The notes below the pieces were generated by a model. It did no database searches. It saw only the letters and a list, made by a program, of their open reading frames with translations, and was not told where the DNA came from. DNA of 64,000 bases, from contig NC_083409.1 of NCBI RefSeq assembly GCF_020745735.1, positions 20,966,098 to 21,030,097 of the forward strand. The letters run 5' to 3'. Of the stretch, positions 13,380 through 24,099 are shown in pieces. Numbering within the stretch: position 1 is the stretch's first letter; every line of letters starts with the position of its first letter. The translations under genes were made by a program, and so were the position numbers. This DNA comes from Hemiscyllium ocellatum (taxonomy: Eukaryota).

Positions 13380-14600
13380 TGTGCTTATCCGCTGATTCCT
13401 GCATGTGGCAAGGCAGGTTAACAGAGCAGTTATGAAGGCATATGGGACACTTGCCTTTGTCAATTCAGGTATTGGTTATAAAAGCAGGAGGATATGCTGC
13501 AGTTAAGCAGAACATTTGTTAGGCCACAGCTGGAGTACTGGACCACACTGTCGGAAGAATGTGATTGCACTGGATGGCGTGCCGAGGGGCATCACCAGGA
13601 TATTGTGTGGGATGGAACCTTTCAGTGATGAAGAGAAATTGGATCAGCTCAGGTTGTTTTCTTCAGAGATGAGAAGGTGGAGCGGGGACCTGATCGAGGT
13701 GTATCAGGATATGAGGGGAATGGATAGCGTGGAAAGAAAGCAGCTGTTCTCCTTCGTGGGAGGGTCAATAACGAGTTGGCTCACATGCAATGAGAAAGAT
13801 AAGAGGTTTCAAGATGTTTTTTATCCAGAGGGTGGTGTGGGCCTGGAATGCACAGCCTGGGAGGGTAGTTGAATTGGGAAGCCTCACAAAATTTAAAAAG
13901 TACTTGGATGCGCAGTTGAAATGTCATAACATTCAATCTATGGGCCTCATGTTGGAAAGTTAGACTGGTGGAGGTTTAGTGTAGGTTGGCTGGTACATAG
14001 TTAATGGGCTGAAGGGCCTCTTCTATACTCTGTGATTTTATGATTGCATTGTGTGCAGTTTTGGTCTCTTTATCTGAGGAAGGATGTTCTGGCTGTGGAG
14101 GGAGGGCAGCGAAGGTTTACCAGACTGATTCCTGGAATGACAGCACTTAGATCCAGTGAGAAACTGGATTGGTAAGAACTATAATCACTGGAGATAAGAA
14201 GATTGGGAGGAATCACTTTGAAATCTGTAAAGTCCTAACAGGGCAAGACCGGAAAAACGCAGGAAGCATGGTCCTGATGACTGGGGAATCCATAACCAGT
14301 AATTACAGTTTAATGAAAAGGGAAAGGCTATTTCAGACTGAGATGAGGAGACATTTCTTTAGCCAGAGACTGGGAAGCTCGTGGAGTATTCTGTCACAGA
14401 AAGCAGTTGAGACCAAAACATTAAATAGTTTCAAGAAGGAGATAGGTATCGTTCTTAGGACTAAAGGGACTAAAGGTTAGGGGGAGAAAGTGGGAAAAGG
14501 GGACTAAGTTGGCTGATCAGCCATTGTCATATTGAATGGCAGAGCCCAATCGAAGTACTAAATGGCCTCCTCCTGCTCCTAGTTCCTTTGCTTCTATGTT
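13380..14600 (+). mobile_element. Two abutting CR1 3' fragments (junction shared with unit 3 at 48530-49550)
   Basis: CR1 C-terminal motifs; the idiosyncratic junction gtgattttatgattg(c/t)attgtgtgcagttttggtct recurs reverse-complemented near 49030-49065. Confidence 0.75.
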
Positions 14601-14629
14601 TGAGAGACTTTTCATAAAAATAGAAACAT

Positions 14630-15680
14630 ATAGAATTATAGAGTCATAGAGTCATCGAGTCCTACAGCACAGAGACAGGCTCTTTGGCCCACAATTGTCC
14701 GTGCTGACCAAAATGTCCCTCCACACTAACCCTATTTCCCTTCACTTGGCCCATATCCTTCAAAAGTTTACCTAACTATGTATTTGTCCAAATGCCTTTT
14801 AAATGTTGCTAATGCACCCGCCTCAATCACTTCGACTAGCAGCTCACTCCATATGCGTACCACCCTCTGTGTAAAAATGTAGCCACTCAGGTTCCCTTTT
14901 TCTCTTTCCCTTCTGACATTAAACTGTTACCCTATCACTCTCGATTCTCCAACCCTGGGAAAAAGGCTGGGTGCATTCACCTTATCCATGTCTCTCATGG
15001 TCTTATACACTTTTAAAGGATTACCCTTCAGTCTCCTACACTCTAAGAAAAATGTCCTAGCTTCTCCAACCTCTCCCAAATACTCAGACATTGAAACTTG
15101 GCAATATCCTTGGAAATTTCTTCTGCACTTTGTACAGTTGAATAATATCCTTCTTATAACAAGGTGACCAAAACTGAACATAATAGTCCAGATTCGGCCT
15201 CACCAATGTCCTGTACAACTGCAACATAACTTCTCAACCCCCGTACCCAGTGCCCCGACTGATAATGGTCAGAACACCAAAAGCCTTCTTCCCTTCCCTG
15301 ACTAACTGTAACTCAACTTTCAGAGAACAGTGTACCTGAACTACAAGATCCCACTGTTCCACAACACTCCTTAAGCCTTACACAATGAAAGCCCGAACTT
15401 GATTCAATATTCTAAAATTCAAGACCTCACATTAATCTACATAAATTTAATTTTCATTTCTGTTCCCACTTCCCCAGCTGATCAAGGTCCTGCCACAATA
15501 TCTGATAATCTCCATGATACCATGTCTTCTGCAAACTTACTAATCATGCCTTACAGATTCTCATCCAAATTATTGATACACATAACAAACAGTAATGGGC
15601 CCAGCACCTAGCTCTCAGACACTCTACTAGACACATGCATCCAGTCTGACAAGCATCTTTCCACTATTAACCTCTGCTTT
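14630..15680 (-). mobile_element. CR1 LINE 3' portion
   Basis: Minus-strand RT C-terminal motifs with an agagtcat-type tail at the left end. Confidence 0.7.
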
Positions 15681-16239
15681 CACCCATCAAACCAGTTAGT
15701 GAAAAGTATTTGTCTTATGTCAGGAATTAGTTTGGAGATAGGAGTCAGAGAGGACGGATAATGTGTGTGTCCTCTAATGAGCAAGATGAGAATAGTGGCG
15801 TCCCCAGGGATCTGTGCTGAGATATACACAATGTTTCTCAATAATGTGCATAAAGGATTAGAGAGCCATATATCCAAGAGTGTTAACCACACTCAGTGAG
15901 GCGGCTTGGAGGAGGTCACAGAGATAAGGAAGGTGGAGGACAGGGAGGGATTTGAGAACAAGGAGGAGAATGTGAAAATTGAAGTGTTTCTGGACCAGGA
16001 GCCAATGTAAACATGAGGTGCAGGAGGTTGGGGAATGGGACTTGGTGCAAGTTGGGATATGGGCAGCAGAACATGGGATGAGCTAAAGATTATGAAGGGT
16101 TGTGACTGTGATGAGTGCAAGTACGGCATTGGAATGGTCATGTTTGGAGTCCCAGACGTGGCTGAGATTTTCATTGGCTGATCTTTGTGTGATGGAGCTC
16201 AGATCGTTTACATGGATGTGACCAAGTATGTAATGAGTC

Positions 16240-16575
16240 TGATTTAGCAGCAGACAGTGATCAGGGAGAGGGATGAAGTTTACACAAGAATCTGAAGAGG
16301 AAGGTTTTGATCTTCCCAACGTGTTTCACAGTGAGCCTGGCTCCTCAGTCCTGACTGCCCTTAGCTGCTGTGATTACCACTGACTGGAAACTTATTATTA
16401 GAGATTCTGACCACAGCAGAAAGACCCAGTGGAAAAAAAACTGCAAAGGCTGTCAGATCCAAAGGTTGAAACTTCACCAAGAGAGGAAGTGAAAGAAGGA
16501 GCTCGGAGCAGCCGGACGTTTGTTACTGAGACGGGAGAAAACTTTGAACTGTCTGCACTCCCTGGAATCTGACAG
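16240..16575. promoter_or_regulatory. Conserved non-coding block upstream of C with Ets-IRF (EICE) and RUNX motifs; candidate intronic enhancer
   Basis: Not a repeat I recognise; paralog at 47355-47690. GGAAGTGAAA at 16485-16494 and TGTGGTC (minus, 16409-16415) are kept in both copies. Confidence 0.4.
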
Positions 16576-17019
16576 CACAGGAGGCTTATTCTGGGATTTG
16601 TTTTGCAGAAAAAGCACAGTAATGGAAGAAATGTCAGTCATTCTCTCACAAACACACACGCCTGCCCTCGGAGATCAAAAACAGAATCCAGCAGCAGCTC
16701 TGTCTCCAAGCTGTGAAACCTGCACAGAATTGTTCCCTCATTCAGTTTTTAGCTGGCAGGATAGACCAAGCAGACGTGGCAACACAGTGGTGCGTACAGT
16801 CGGAAGGGAGTTGCCCTGGGAGTCCTCACCATTAACTATAGAACCCATGAAGCCTCATGACAGCAGGTCAAACTTGGGGAAGGAAACCTCCTGCTGATTA
16901 CCACGGAGCACCACCCTCCACTCCAACCTCAACTGAGCAGTCAGTCCTCCTCCATGTTGAACAACACTGGGAGGGAGCACTAAGGATGGGAAGGATCAGG
17001 ATATACTCTGAGTAAGGGA

Positions 17020-17270
17020 CTTGAAAGTCTACCTTCAAGAACTGCTCAGAAGCATCACTACTAAGCAAGCTAGTCAAGTTCCACCTGATTCAGCTGCTAG
17101 ACTGGACCTGGGGCAGGTGGTGAGGGAACCAACAGGAGGGAAAAACATACTCACTACCACCCTCACCAACCTGCCTGCTGCTGGTGTATCTGTCCATGAC
17201 AGTATCAGTAAGAGTGACCACCGCACAGTCCATGTAGAGACAAAATCCCATCTTCACATTGAGATTACCT
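17020..17270 (+). mobile_element. LINE endonuclease fragment
   Basis: VVREPTGGKNIL...LTNLP....VHDSISKSDHRTV, the APE-endonuclease C-terminal SDH motif. Confidence 0.65.
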
Positions 17271-18564
17271 TACATTTTGTTGGGCAAGAGATATGGGATA
17301 TCAGGAAGAACTTTCTTTTTAGAGCAATTGGTAATGACTTGGAAATCAGTGCCCATTCAGGTGAGGTAGGTGAAGACACTCAGTTATTGCAATGGCAGAT
17401 TGGATTGGCTCTTGATGGAAATAAAACTGTAAGATTCTGAGGGTCGAGTCGGGGAGGGGGTGGGACTGACTGGATTGCTCCATGAAATGACAGCATTTAC
17501 CTGACAGGCTGAATGTTCTCCCCCTGTGCTGGAAATAGGTCTCACTCAATGAGGGGTTCACAATTAGAGAGTTTGGATGCAGTAAATACAGGACAAATTG
17601 TTTCTACAGTCAGGAAGATCAGTAACCAGAGGGCACACATTTCAGAAAGAGTCTAAAGAACAGGAGAGAAGATAGGAACATTTTTATCCAGCGAGTTCAT
17701 GATGACGGTCTGCAAGGGGAGTGGATTTAACAGCAACTTACAAAAGGGCCTTTGGCGAAATAGCTGAAAAGGAAATAATTGCAGGGTTCTACAGGAAGGG
17801 CAAGGTAAATGGGACTCATTGAGCTGATTTGACTGTCAGAATCGGCCCATTGACTTCCGTCTGTGTTGTATAAGAGCTGACGCACACTTAGACTCACCTT
17901 TAAATAAAGACTGGGAGAAACAGACAACCCAGTTTACAGAAGAGCGTTTTCTCAAGCAAAACGCTCTTGAGCTAATTCAGGGAACAGGCCAGACTAGATT
18001 TACCAGAATAAGTCAGCAAATCAATGGCAAAGCAACAGTGAACAAAAAGTGATGGAAGTGAACAGCACAGCCATCGAGAGGGGGTTGGATGAAGGGAAGG
18101 AGGTCAGAGAGCATGCAGTTGGGGTCTGAAGGCTCTGCTGTCAGTGGTAGGATGGAGGAAGCAGCAATGGGTAGGAGACCAGAGGCAGAAGATGGAAGGG
18201 GGAGGGAGGTAATGTGAGTCTGCAGCAGGACGCAGACTGAGGGAGGAGGGAGGCCACTTGGCTGGCAGTGAGGTCGGGGGTCATTCTGGAACAACACGTG
18301 GTAAAACAGGAAAGATACCACCCCATATCAGACAAGCTGGCATTTATGGAATGTGGATTTAGGAAGCTGGGAGAGGACATTGGAATCATAGAGTTAGGAG
18401 GTGGAATTAGGGTTTCTGTGCAGAGACAGACAATATAATTGAGATTGAAATAAGAGACATAAGTGGTGGGCACAATGTCGGTTTTGCAGCTCAGATACTG
18501 GACAATCCAGTGGGAAGGAGGCCCATGTTGACTGGTCCTATGGCAAGTTGGCCCATGTATTTAT

Positions 18565-19730
18565 TATCATAGAATCATAGAAGTTTACAGCATGGCATCA
18601 GACTCTTCAGCTCTACTCATCCATGCTGACCAAGTTTCCAAAACTGAAATAGTCCCATTTGCCTGTGTTTGGCCCAATCCTCTCTAAATCCTTCCTATCC
18701 TTGTTCCTGTAAAAATGTCCTTGAAATGTAGTAATTGGACTCGCCTCTACCACTTCCTCTGGCAGCTCATTACACATACACACCCACCTCTGTGTGAAAA
18801 GGTTGTCTCTCAGGTCCCTTCTAATTCTTTCCTCTCTCGACTTAAATCTATTCCTTCTCGTACTGGACTCCCCTACACTGGGGAAAAGACTTTAGTTACT
18901 CACCTTACCTATGACCCTCATGGTTATATAAAGCTTTACAAGGTCACCCCTCAATATCCTGCATTCCCTGGAAAGTATCTCAGCCCATCCATCCTTGCCT
19001 GATCATTCAAACCTTCCAATTAATCTTTCTTTTACCCAAACCAGTGTAATAATTTCCTTTCTATAGCAGGGTGAGCAAATATGTACACAGTATCCAAATG
19101 TGGCCTTCCCAATGCCTTGTACAGCTGTAACATGATGTCCCAGTGAAGGTGAGCGTGCCAAATATCCTCCACACCATCCTGTCTATCTGAGATACCACTT
19201 TCAAGGAACTATGTACCTGTACCCCTCAGTCTCTGTTCAACAACACTCCCCTTGGTTCTACCATTAATTGTATAATTCCTGCATTGCATTTTGTCTTAAC
19301 AAAATGCAACTTCTTCCATTTATCAAAATTTCATCTGGATTTGTTGACCCACTGGCCCAATTGATCAAGATGACATTGCATTCTTGGATAACCTTCTTTC
19401 TTGCCCACGATGCCAACAACTTTAATGTCACCCACAAACGTCCTGATCATTCCTGCTATTTTCTCATCCAAATTGTTCACATAAATGATGAACAACAGTG
19501 GATCTAGGATCGATTCTTCTGGCAGACGGATGGTCGCCGGCCTCCAGTCTGAAGAACAACCCTCTCTCACCAGCCTCTGCCTCCTATCATCAGGCCAATT
19601 TTATATCCAATTGATGAGCTCCCCCTGGATCAGATGCAGTATAATCTGACTAAGCAGTCTACCATGGGGAACGTTGTCTAAGGCTTTGCTAAAGTCCGTG
19701 CAAACAGAGTGTACTGCTCTACCTTTATCT
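18565..19730 (-). mobile_element. CR1 LINE RT/3' fragment
   Basis: Minus-strand ESILDPLLFIIYVNNLD and FVGDIKV (FADDTK-like); atcatagaatcatagaa tail at the left end. Confidence 0.75.
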
Positions 19731-19785
19731 ATCTTCGTGATTACTTCTTCAGAAACTCAGTCATCTATTCATCTCCATCGGAAAT

Positions 19786-19913
19786 TCCAGTGAATAGAAG
19801 GCCCATGTTTACTGGTCTCTCTTGGAGGATCCAGTCAGAAGGAGATCCATGTTTACTGGTCTCTGTTAGAGGTTCCACAGGAAGGAGGCCCATGTTTACT
19901 GGTCGCTATTGGG
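19786..19913. repeat. 44-bp degenerate tandem array, three units (further remnant at about 18505-18560)
   Basis: Units start at 19786, 19830 and 19874, each with ccatgtttactggtc; reverse complement of the array at 44845-45196. Confidence 0.85.
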
Positions 19914-20371
19914 CATGGGGTTCAGTTCCTTTCTGTTGTAACTGTGTGATTGTCCACCCTCATCCCAGTGAAAGAGCCTGACTCAGAGACTCATCATGGA
20001 ATTGGAAGGAAAGGGTTAAGGATTGGAGCATGTTGTGAATGTACAGGAAGAGTCAGTGGGTAAGAATCTGTCCTGTCCCTCCAGCGCACACAGATGGCCT
20101 GAGGATATCCTCTCTCTGCTGGGCCTTCATCGAATGAGCTTTGTGTCCAAACTAGTCCCCAGTGAGAATCGGCCAACAGCACAAAATTGCCTTTCTTTTG
20201 ATAAGAATTCGTCCGTCTTCCTGAGCGAGGCCAAAGCCTGGTCATTGTGGGAAATGGGGAGTTACTCCAGGAAAATACATGCTTCTGGGGTCAAGGGTTA
20301 ATGCCCATTAGTGGTGCAGAGCAGAGGGAGATTTATCTTTCATTCAATTGACACCACCCTGGACACTGTCA

Positions 20372-20655
20372 GAAAGAGAGAGAAGCGAGACAGAGAAAGA
20401 GAGAGTTTGTGTGTCTGTTTGTGTGTGTATGAGAGAGAGATCGGCAGATAGAGGGAGGAGCATCTGAGTCAGTTTGAGATATGTGAGGGGACAAAGAGAG
20501 AGGTAGAAATGGTGAGGTTGAGGGATAGAGAGAGAAACAAGATGTGACTGAGAGGGATGGGGAGAGAGAAAGAGACAGGATGGGTGTGATACCAAGAGTG
20601 AAGGGAATCCAGAGAGAGAGGGTAGGGTGTGTGTGTGTGAGAGAGAGAGAGAAAA

Positions 20656-20698
<43 letters not shown>

Positions 20699-21041
20699 TG
20701 AGTATGGTTAGAGACAGAATGTCAGAGAGGGAGGGAGAGAGACTGTAGATTGAGATGCAGAGAGGGTGGCAGAGAAACAGAGGGAGGAATAGAGAGGGGC
20801 AGATAACATTTGAATTCATTCAATTATAGCGAGAGATGGAGTGAGTGATGGAGACAGATAAAGATGCAGAAACAGAGATTATGAGACGGTGTGAGGAACT
20901 GTGAGTGAGTTGGAGGGAGTAGCTTTGAGACCGAGAAAGAGAATATGAAAGAGATTAACAGTGGGGGAGAGAGAGATAGAGGTAGAGAGAAAGATATGTG
21001 AAGTATGAGTCAGAAAGGGTGATAGAGAGAGGCAGATAGAG

Positions 21042-21104
<63 letters not shown>

Positions 21105-21107
21105 AGA
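20372..21107. repeat. GA/GT-rich low-complexity tract with (GA)n microsatellites
   Basis: Long purine-rich plus strand with pure (GA)n runs near 20660-20695 and 21045-21100. Confidence 0.95.
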
Positions 21108-21114
21108 GGACAGG

Positions 21115-22030
21115 TCCTGGTCACCACATTCTGGCAAGGATGTCATTGTACTTTAGAGGGTACGGGGATATTTCCGAGGATGCTGCGTGATTGTGAGCTT
21201 TGAGATAAGAATGGAATGGTTGGGGTTGTTTTTCCTTGGAGCAGTGAAGGCTGAGAAGGGACCTGATACAGGGGTAGAAGATTATTTGGGGCAGTGATAG
21301 GGTGGGTAGGAAGGCACGTTTTACATGAGTAAAGGACTCAATAACCAGAGACAGTGATTGAAGGTAGCACAGACATGGACACACAGAAACTCGGAGCTGC
21401 AGCAGGCCATTCGGCCCTTTGAGTCGGCTCTGTCATTCAGTATTATCATGGCTGACCCTTTCTCTCAAAGCCATATTCCTGCTTTCTCCCCATTCCCTTC
21501 ATGCTGTTAAAATGCAAAACAATCATCTCTCTCTTTTTCTTGAATATATTCAGTGGTGGATATATTCACAGGTTGACCACCCTCTGAGTGAAGAAATGTT
21601 TCCTCATCTCAGTCCTAAATGATCTACCCTGTATCCCCCTGAGACTGGGTCCCCTGGTTCCAGACTCGCCAACTAAGGGAAACCTCCTCTCTGTCCAGCC
21701 CTGTTAGAATTTTATACATTTCAATCAGATTCCCTCTCATTCTTCTAAGCTTGAGTGAGTCCAGACCCAGTCGAATTGGAGAGTGAGAAGAGAGTTGAGG
21801 AGAAATGTTTTCACCCAGAGGGTGGTGGGAGTCTGGAACTCACTGCCTGAAAGGCTGGTTGAGTCACAAACTCTCGTGACATTGTCGCAGTGTTTAGATA
21901 TTTCCTTGTGTTGCTGTAGCCTCCAGGGTAATGGGCCAAGACCTGGAGGATGGGATTAGTGTCATCAGATCTATGTTTACTAACACAGACCCAATGGGCC
22001 AAATGGCCGCATTCACTGCTGTTCACACCA
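21115..22030. mobile_element. Three short CR1 3' fragments in alternating orientation
   Basis: C-terminal CR1 motifs (+), ggccattcggccc tail (-), ttcacccagagggtggtgggagtctggaac (+). Confidence 0.55.
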
Positions 22031-22042
22031 ATGACTCTCTGG

Positions 22043-22077
<35 letters not shown>

Positions 22078-22083
<6 letters not shown>

Positions 22084-22176
22084 AAGTGTGAGGGACTGAC
22101 GTGGCTCTCTCTGCCTGATGCCATTTACATACTGAGGAACACCCAGTCAGACTCTCACAGACTGCAGCTTTATAAA
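22078..22176 (+). promoter_or_regulatory. Ig light-chain V promoter
   Basis: AAGAGGAAGTG (PU.1-like, 22078-22088), TGACGTGG (22097-22104), ATTTACAT (octamer with one mismatch, 22123-22130) and TATAAA (22171-22176), ending 60 nt before the leader ATG at 22237. Confidence 0.65.
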
Positions 22177-22236
22177 GCTGAGCACAGTGGGGGGCGAGTT
22201 TATCAGGAACCAGGACCATGGACAGGAGCACACACC

Positions 22237-22801
22237 ATGATTTCACACTTCAAGCTGATCTGGCCCCTGTAATTCTGTATTGCATGTACAAATCTCTCTC
22301 CTTCCACCTGAATCTTTAGCTGCTCTCCATTTCACACCAATTCCACTGACTTGTGATTGAAGGGAAAATGCTGAAACCAGAGGAATGCTCAGTGTCTCCA
22401 ACAATCTCTCATTTGACAGGCTCTTTCTGTGACAGTTCTGACTTCATTGTGTTTCTCTCTGACCCCTTAGGTATCAGTGGGGATATCATCATGACTCAGT
22501 CTCCCCCAGTGCTGTCAGTGGGACTGGGCCAGACTGCGACCATCACCTGTAAATCCAGTCAGAGTGCCAGTGGTAATGTCGAATGGTTTCAGCAGCAAGA
22601 AGGGCAAAAACCCTCTCTCCTGATCTAAAATGCAGCAACTCGATTTACAGGAGTCTCCAACAGATTCACCGGGACACAAGTGTCCAGCACACACTTCACC
22701 CTGACAATCAGCAATGTTCGGTATGAGGATGTCGCTGATTATTACTGTCAGCAAAGTTACAGCTACCCTTACGTTCGGTAAAGGAACCAAGCTCAGACTG
22801 A
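22237..22801 (+). pseudogene. IGKV: Ig kappa-type leader plus pre-joined VJ pseudogene
   Basis: Leader exon 22237-22285 MISHFKLIWPL*FCIA (TAA 22270-22272); intron GT 22286 to AG 22470; exon 22471-22801 [96 protein letters not shown], then one extra base, then [11 protein letters not shown] with donor A|GTAAGT at 22802. No RSS or spacer between V and J. Confidence 0.93.
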
Positions 22802-22966
22802 GTAAGTAAACCCTTTCAGTACTGGAACTTCCTAAAACACAAATGCTGAATTGTTGAAGGTGTTAGCGGGGAGCTGCAGTGAATGAAATAGTTGATTGAG
22901 GAGCACTGTGTCTCACAGGGTGCCCTGCTGTATTTCTTTAGTTCCATTGCCCCGGATAAGCAGCAA

Positions 22967-23488
22967 GATATAAGTGGGTGGAGGAGCTCTGCCCATTTGC
23001 AGCTTGTGGTCCCATTTCTGCAGCATGGAGTGAAATCAGTGAGTCTCCTCCAGCCAGTCTCAGTGTGACGGACACGGGCAGAGTTTGATGTGAGCTCTGG
23101 CTCCCTGTCCGAGTCTCTGATCTCACTGACTTCAGTAGCAGCAGCAACAGCAGCAGCAGCAGCAGCAGCACAGCGAGACACCGAGCTCCCACCTCCCCCA
23201 GCTTTAACTCTGCTCAATCACACAATCACTGATATAAGTCAGTCAGTTTTACTCACCGTGTGGAGGAGCTCTGTCCATTTGCAGCCTGTGGTCCCATTCC
23301 TGCAGCATGGAGTGAAATCAATGAGTATCCTCCTGCCAGTCTCAGTGTGACAGACACAGGCAGAGTTTGATGTGAGCTCTGGCTCCCTGTCCCAGTCTCT
23401 GATCTCACTGACCTCAGCAGCAGCAGCACAGTGAGACACCGAGCTGCCACCTCCCCCAGCTTTAACTCTGCTCAATCACACAATCACT
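22967..23488. repeat. Tandem duplication of an about 260-bp unit just 3' of J, each copy with a CAG tract
   Basis: Copies start at gatataagt (22967 and 23231). Copy 1 has the longer CAG run; copy 2 has an extra about 20-nt segment containing actcac (GTGAGT on the minus strand). Confidence 0.9.
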
Positions 23489-23918
23489 GAATTGTTACAG
23501 TGCACAAGGAGGTCATTCCACCCATCCTGTCTGTGAATGAGCAATTCACTGAGTATCATTCGCCTGCTTTCACCCTGTCAGCCTGCACATTGTTCATTTT
23601 CAAATAATAGCCTCATTCCCTTCGGAATGTTTTAATTGAAGCTGCCTCCACTACAATCTCAGGCAGTGCATTCCACACCTTAAACACTCACTGGCTGATA
23701 TTTTTTTTTTCTTCATCTCATTTTTGATTCTTTCACTAATTACTTTAAATCTGTGCCCTCTCCTTCTCAATTCTTTCATGAGTGGGAACATTTTTTTCCC
23801 TATTTACTCTGTCCAGACACATTCTGATTTTGAATTGCTCGAACAAATTTCCACTCAGCCTTCACTTCTCCAAGTTAGACAGTCTAAACTTCTCCAAAAT
23901 TTGTTCATAACTGGCTTT

Positions 23919-24006
23919 AAATGCTGAAAATGTGTTGCTGGTCAAAGCACAGCAGGCCAGGCAGCATCTCAGGAATAGAGAATTCGACGTTTCGAGCATA
24001 AGCCCT
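23919..24006 (-). mobile_element. Penelope terminus-only insertion
   Basis: Matches the terminus of the element at 41846-44788; flanked by the 11-bp direct repeat taactggcttt (23908-23918, 24007-24017). Confidence 0.75.
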
Positions 24007-24099
24007 TAACTGGCTTTCCTCATCCCTGAACCTTCCATGGTTTTTTTACCCAATCTGCAAAATATTCACATTCTTTATGAATTATTTTTCTTATCTATT

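Larger units (their letters stand above)
1..19945 (-). repeat. Segmental duplication, unit 1 (inverted paralog of 26442-28500 and 44789-57100)
   Basis: Reverse-complement matches seen by eye: 961-1050 vs 27960-28050; 1560-2460 vs 26640-27560; 2460-4900 vs 54450-56900; 6540-6700 vs 53930-54090; 8280-8640 vs 53080-53440; 13520-14330 vs 48790-49550; 15720-16575 vs 47355-48430; 18320-18530 vs 46350-46620; 19786-19945 vs 44789-45196. Confidence 0.85.

Noticed and set aside
16327-16333. Perfect RSS heptamer (CACAGTG here; CACTGTG at 47602-47608) kept in both paralogs
   Set aside because: No nonamer at 12 or 23 nt spacing in either copy and no V/J coding sequence adjacent.
16655-16683. CACACGC ... 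TCAAAAACA resembling a 12-RSS
   Set aside because: Poor heptamer, spacing of 13, two nonamer mismatches, no gene segment attached.
20344-21146. Ser/Leu-repeat ORFs on the minus strand
   Set aside because: Translations of the (GA)n/(TC)n low-complexity tract.
22237-22801. Reading the VJ as a processed retrocopy or as a lambda/sigma-type gene
   Set aside because: The leader intron, promoter and J donor are retained and no C is fused; the DIIMTQSP start, the [10 protein letters not shown] and the C sequences fit the shark type III (kappa) isotype.
22183-23433. Isolated heptamers at 22183, 22904 and 23427 around the VJ
   Set aside because: None has a nonamer at 12 or 23 nt, so no evidence for secondary rearrangement signals.
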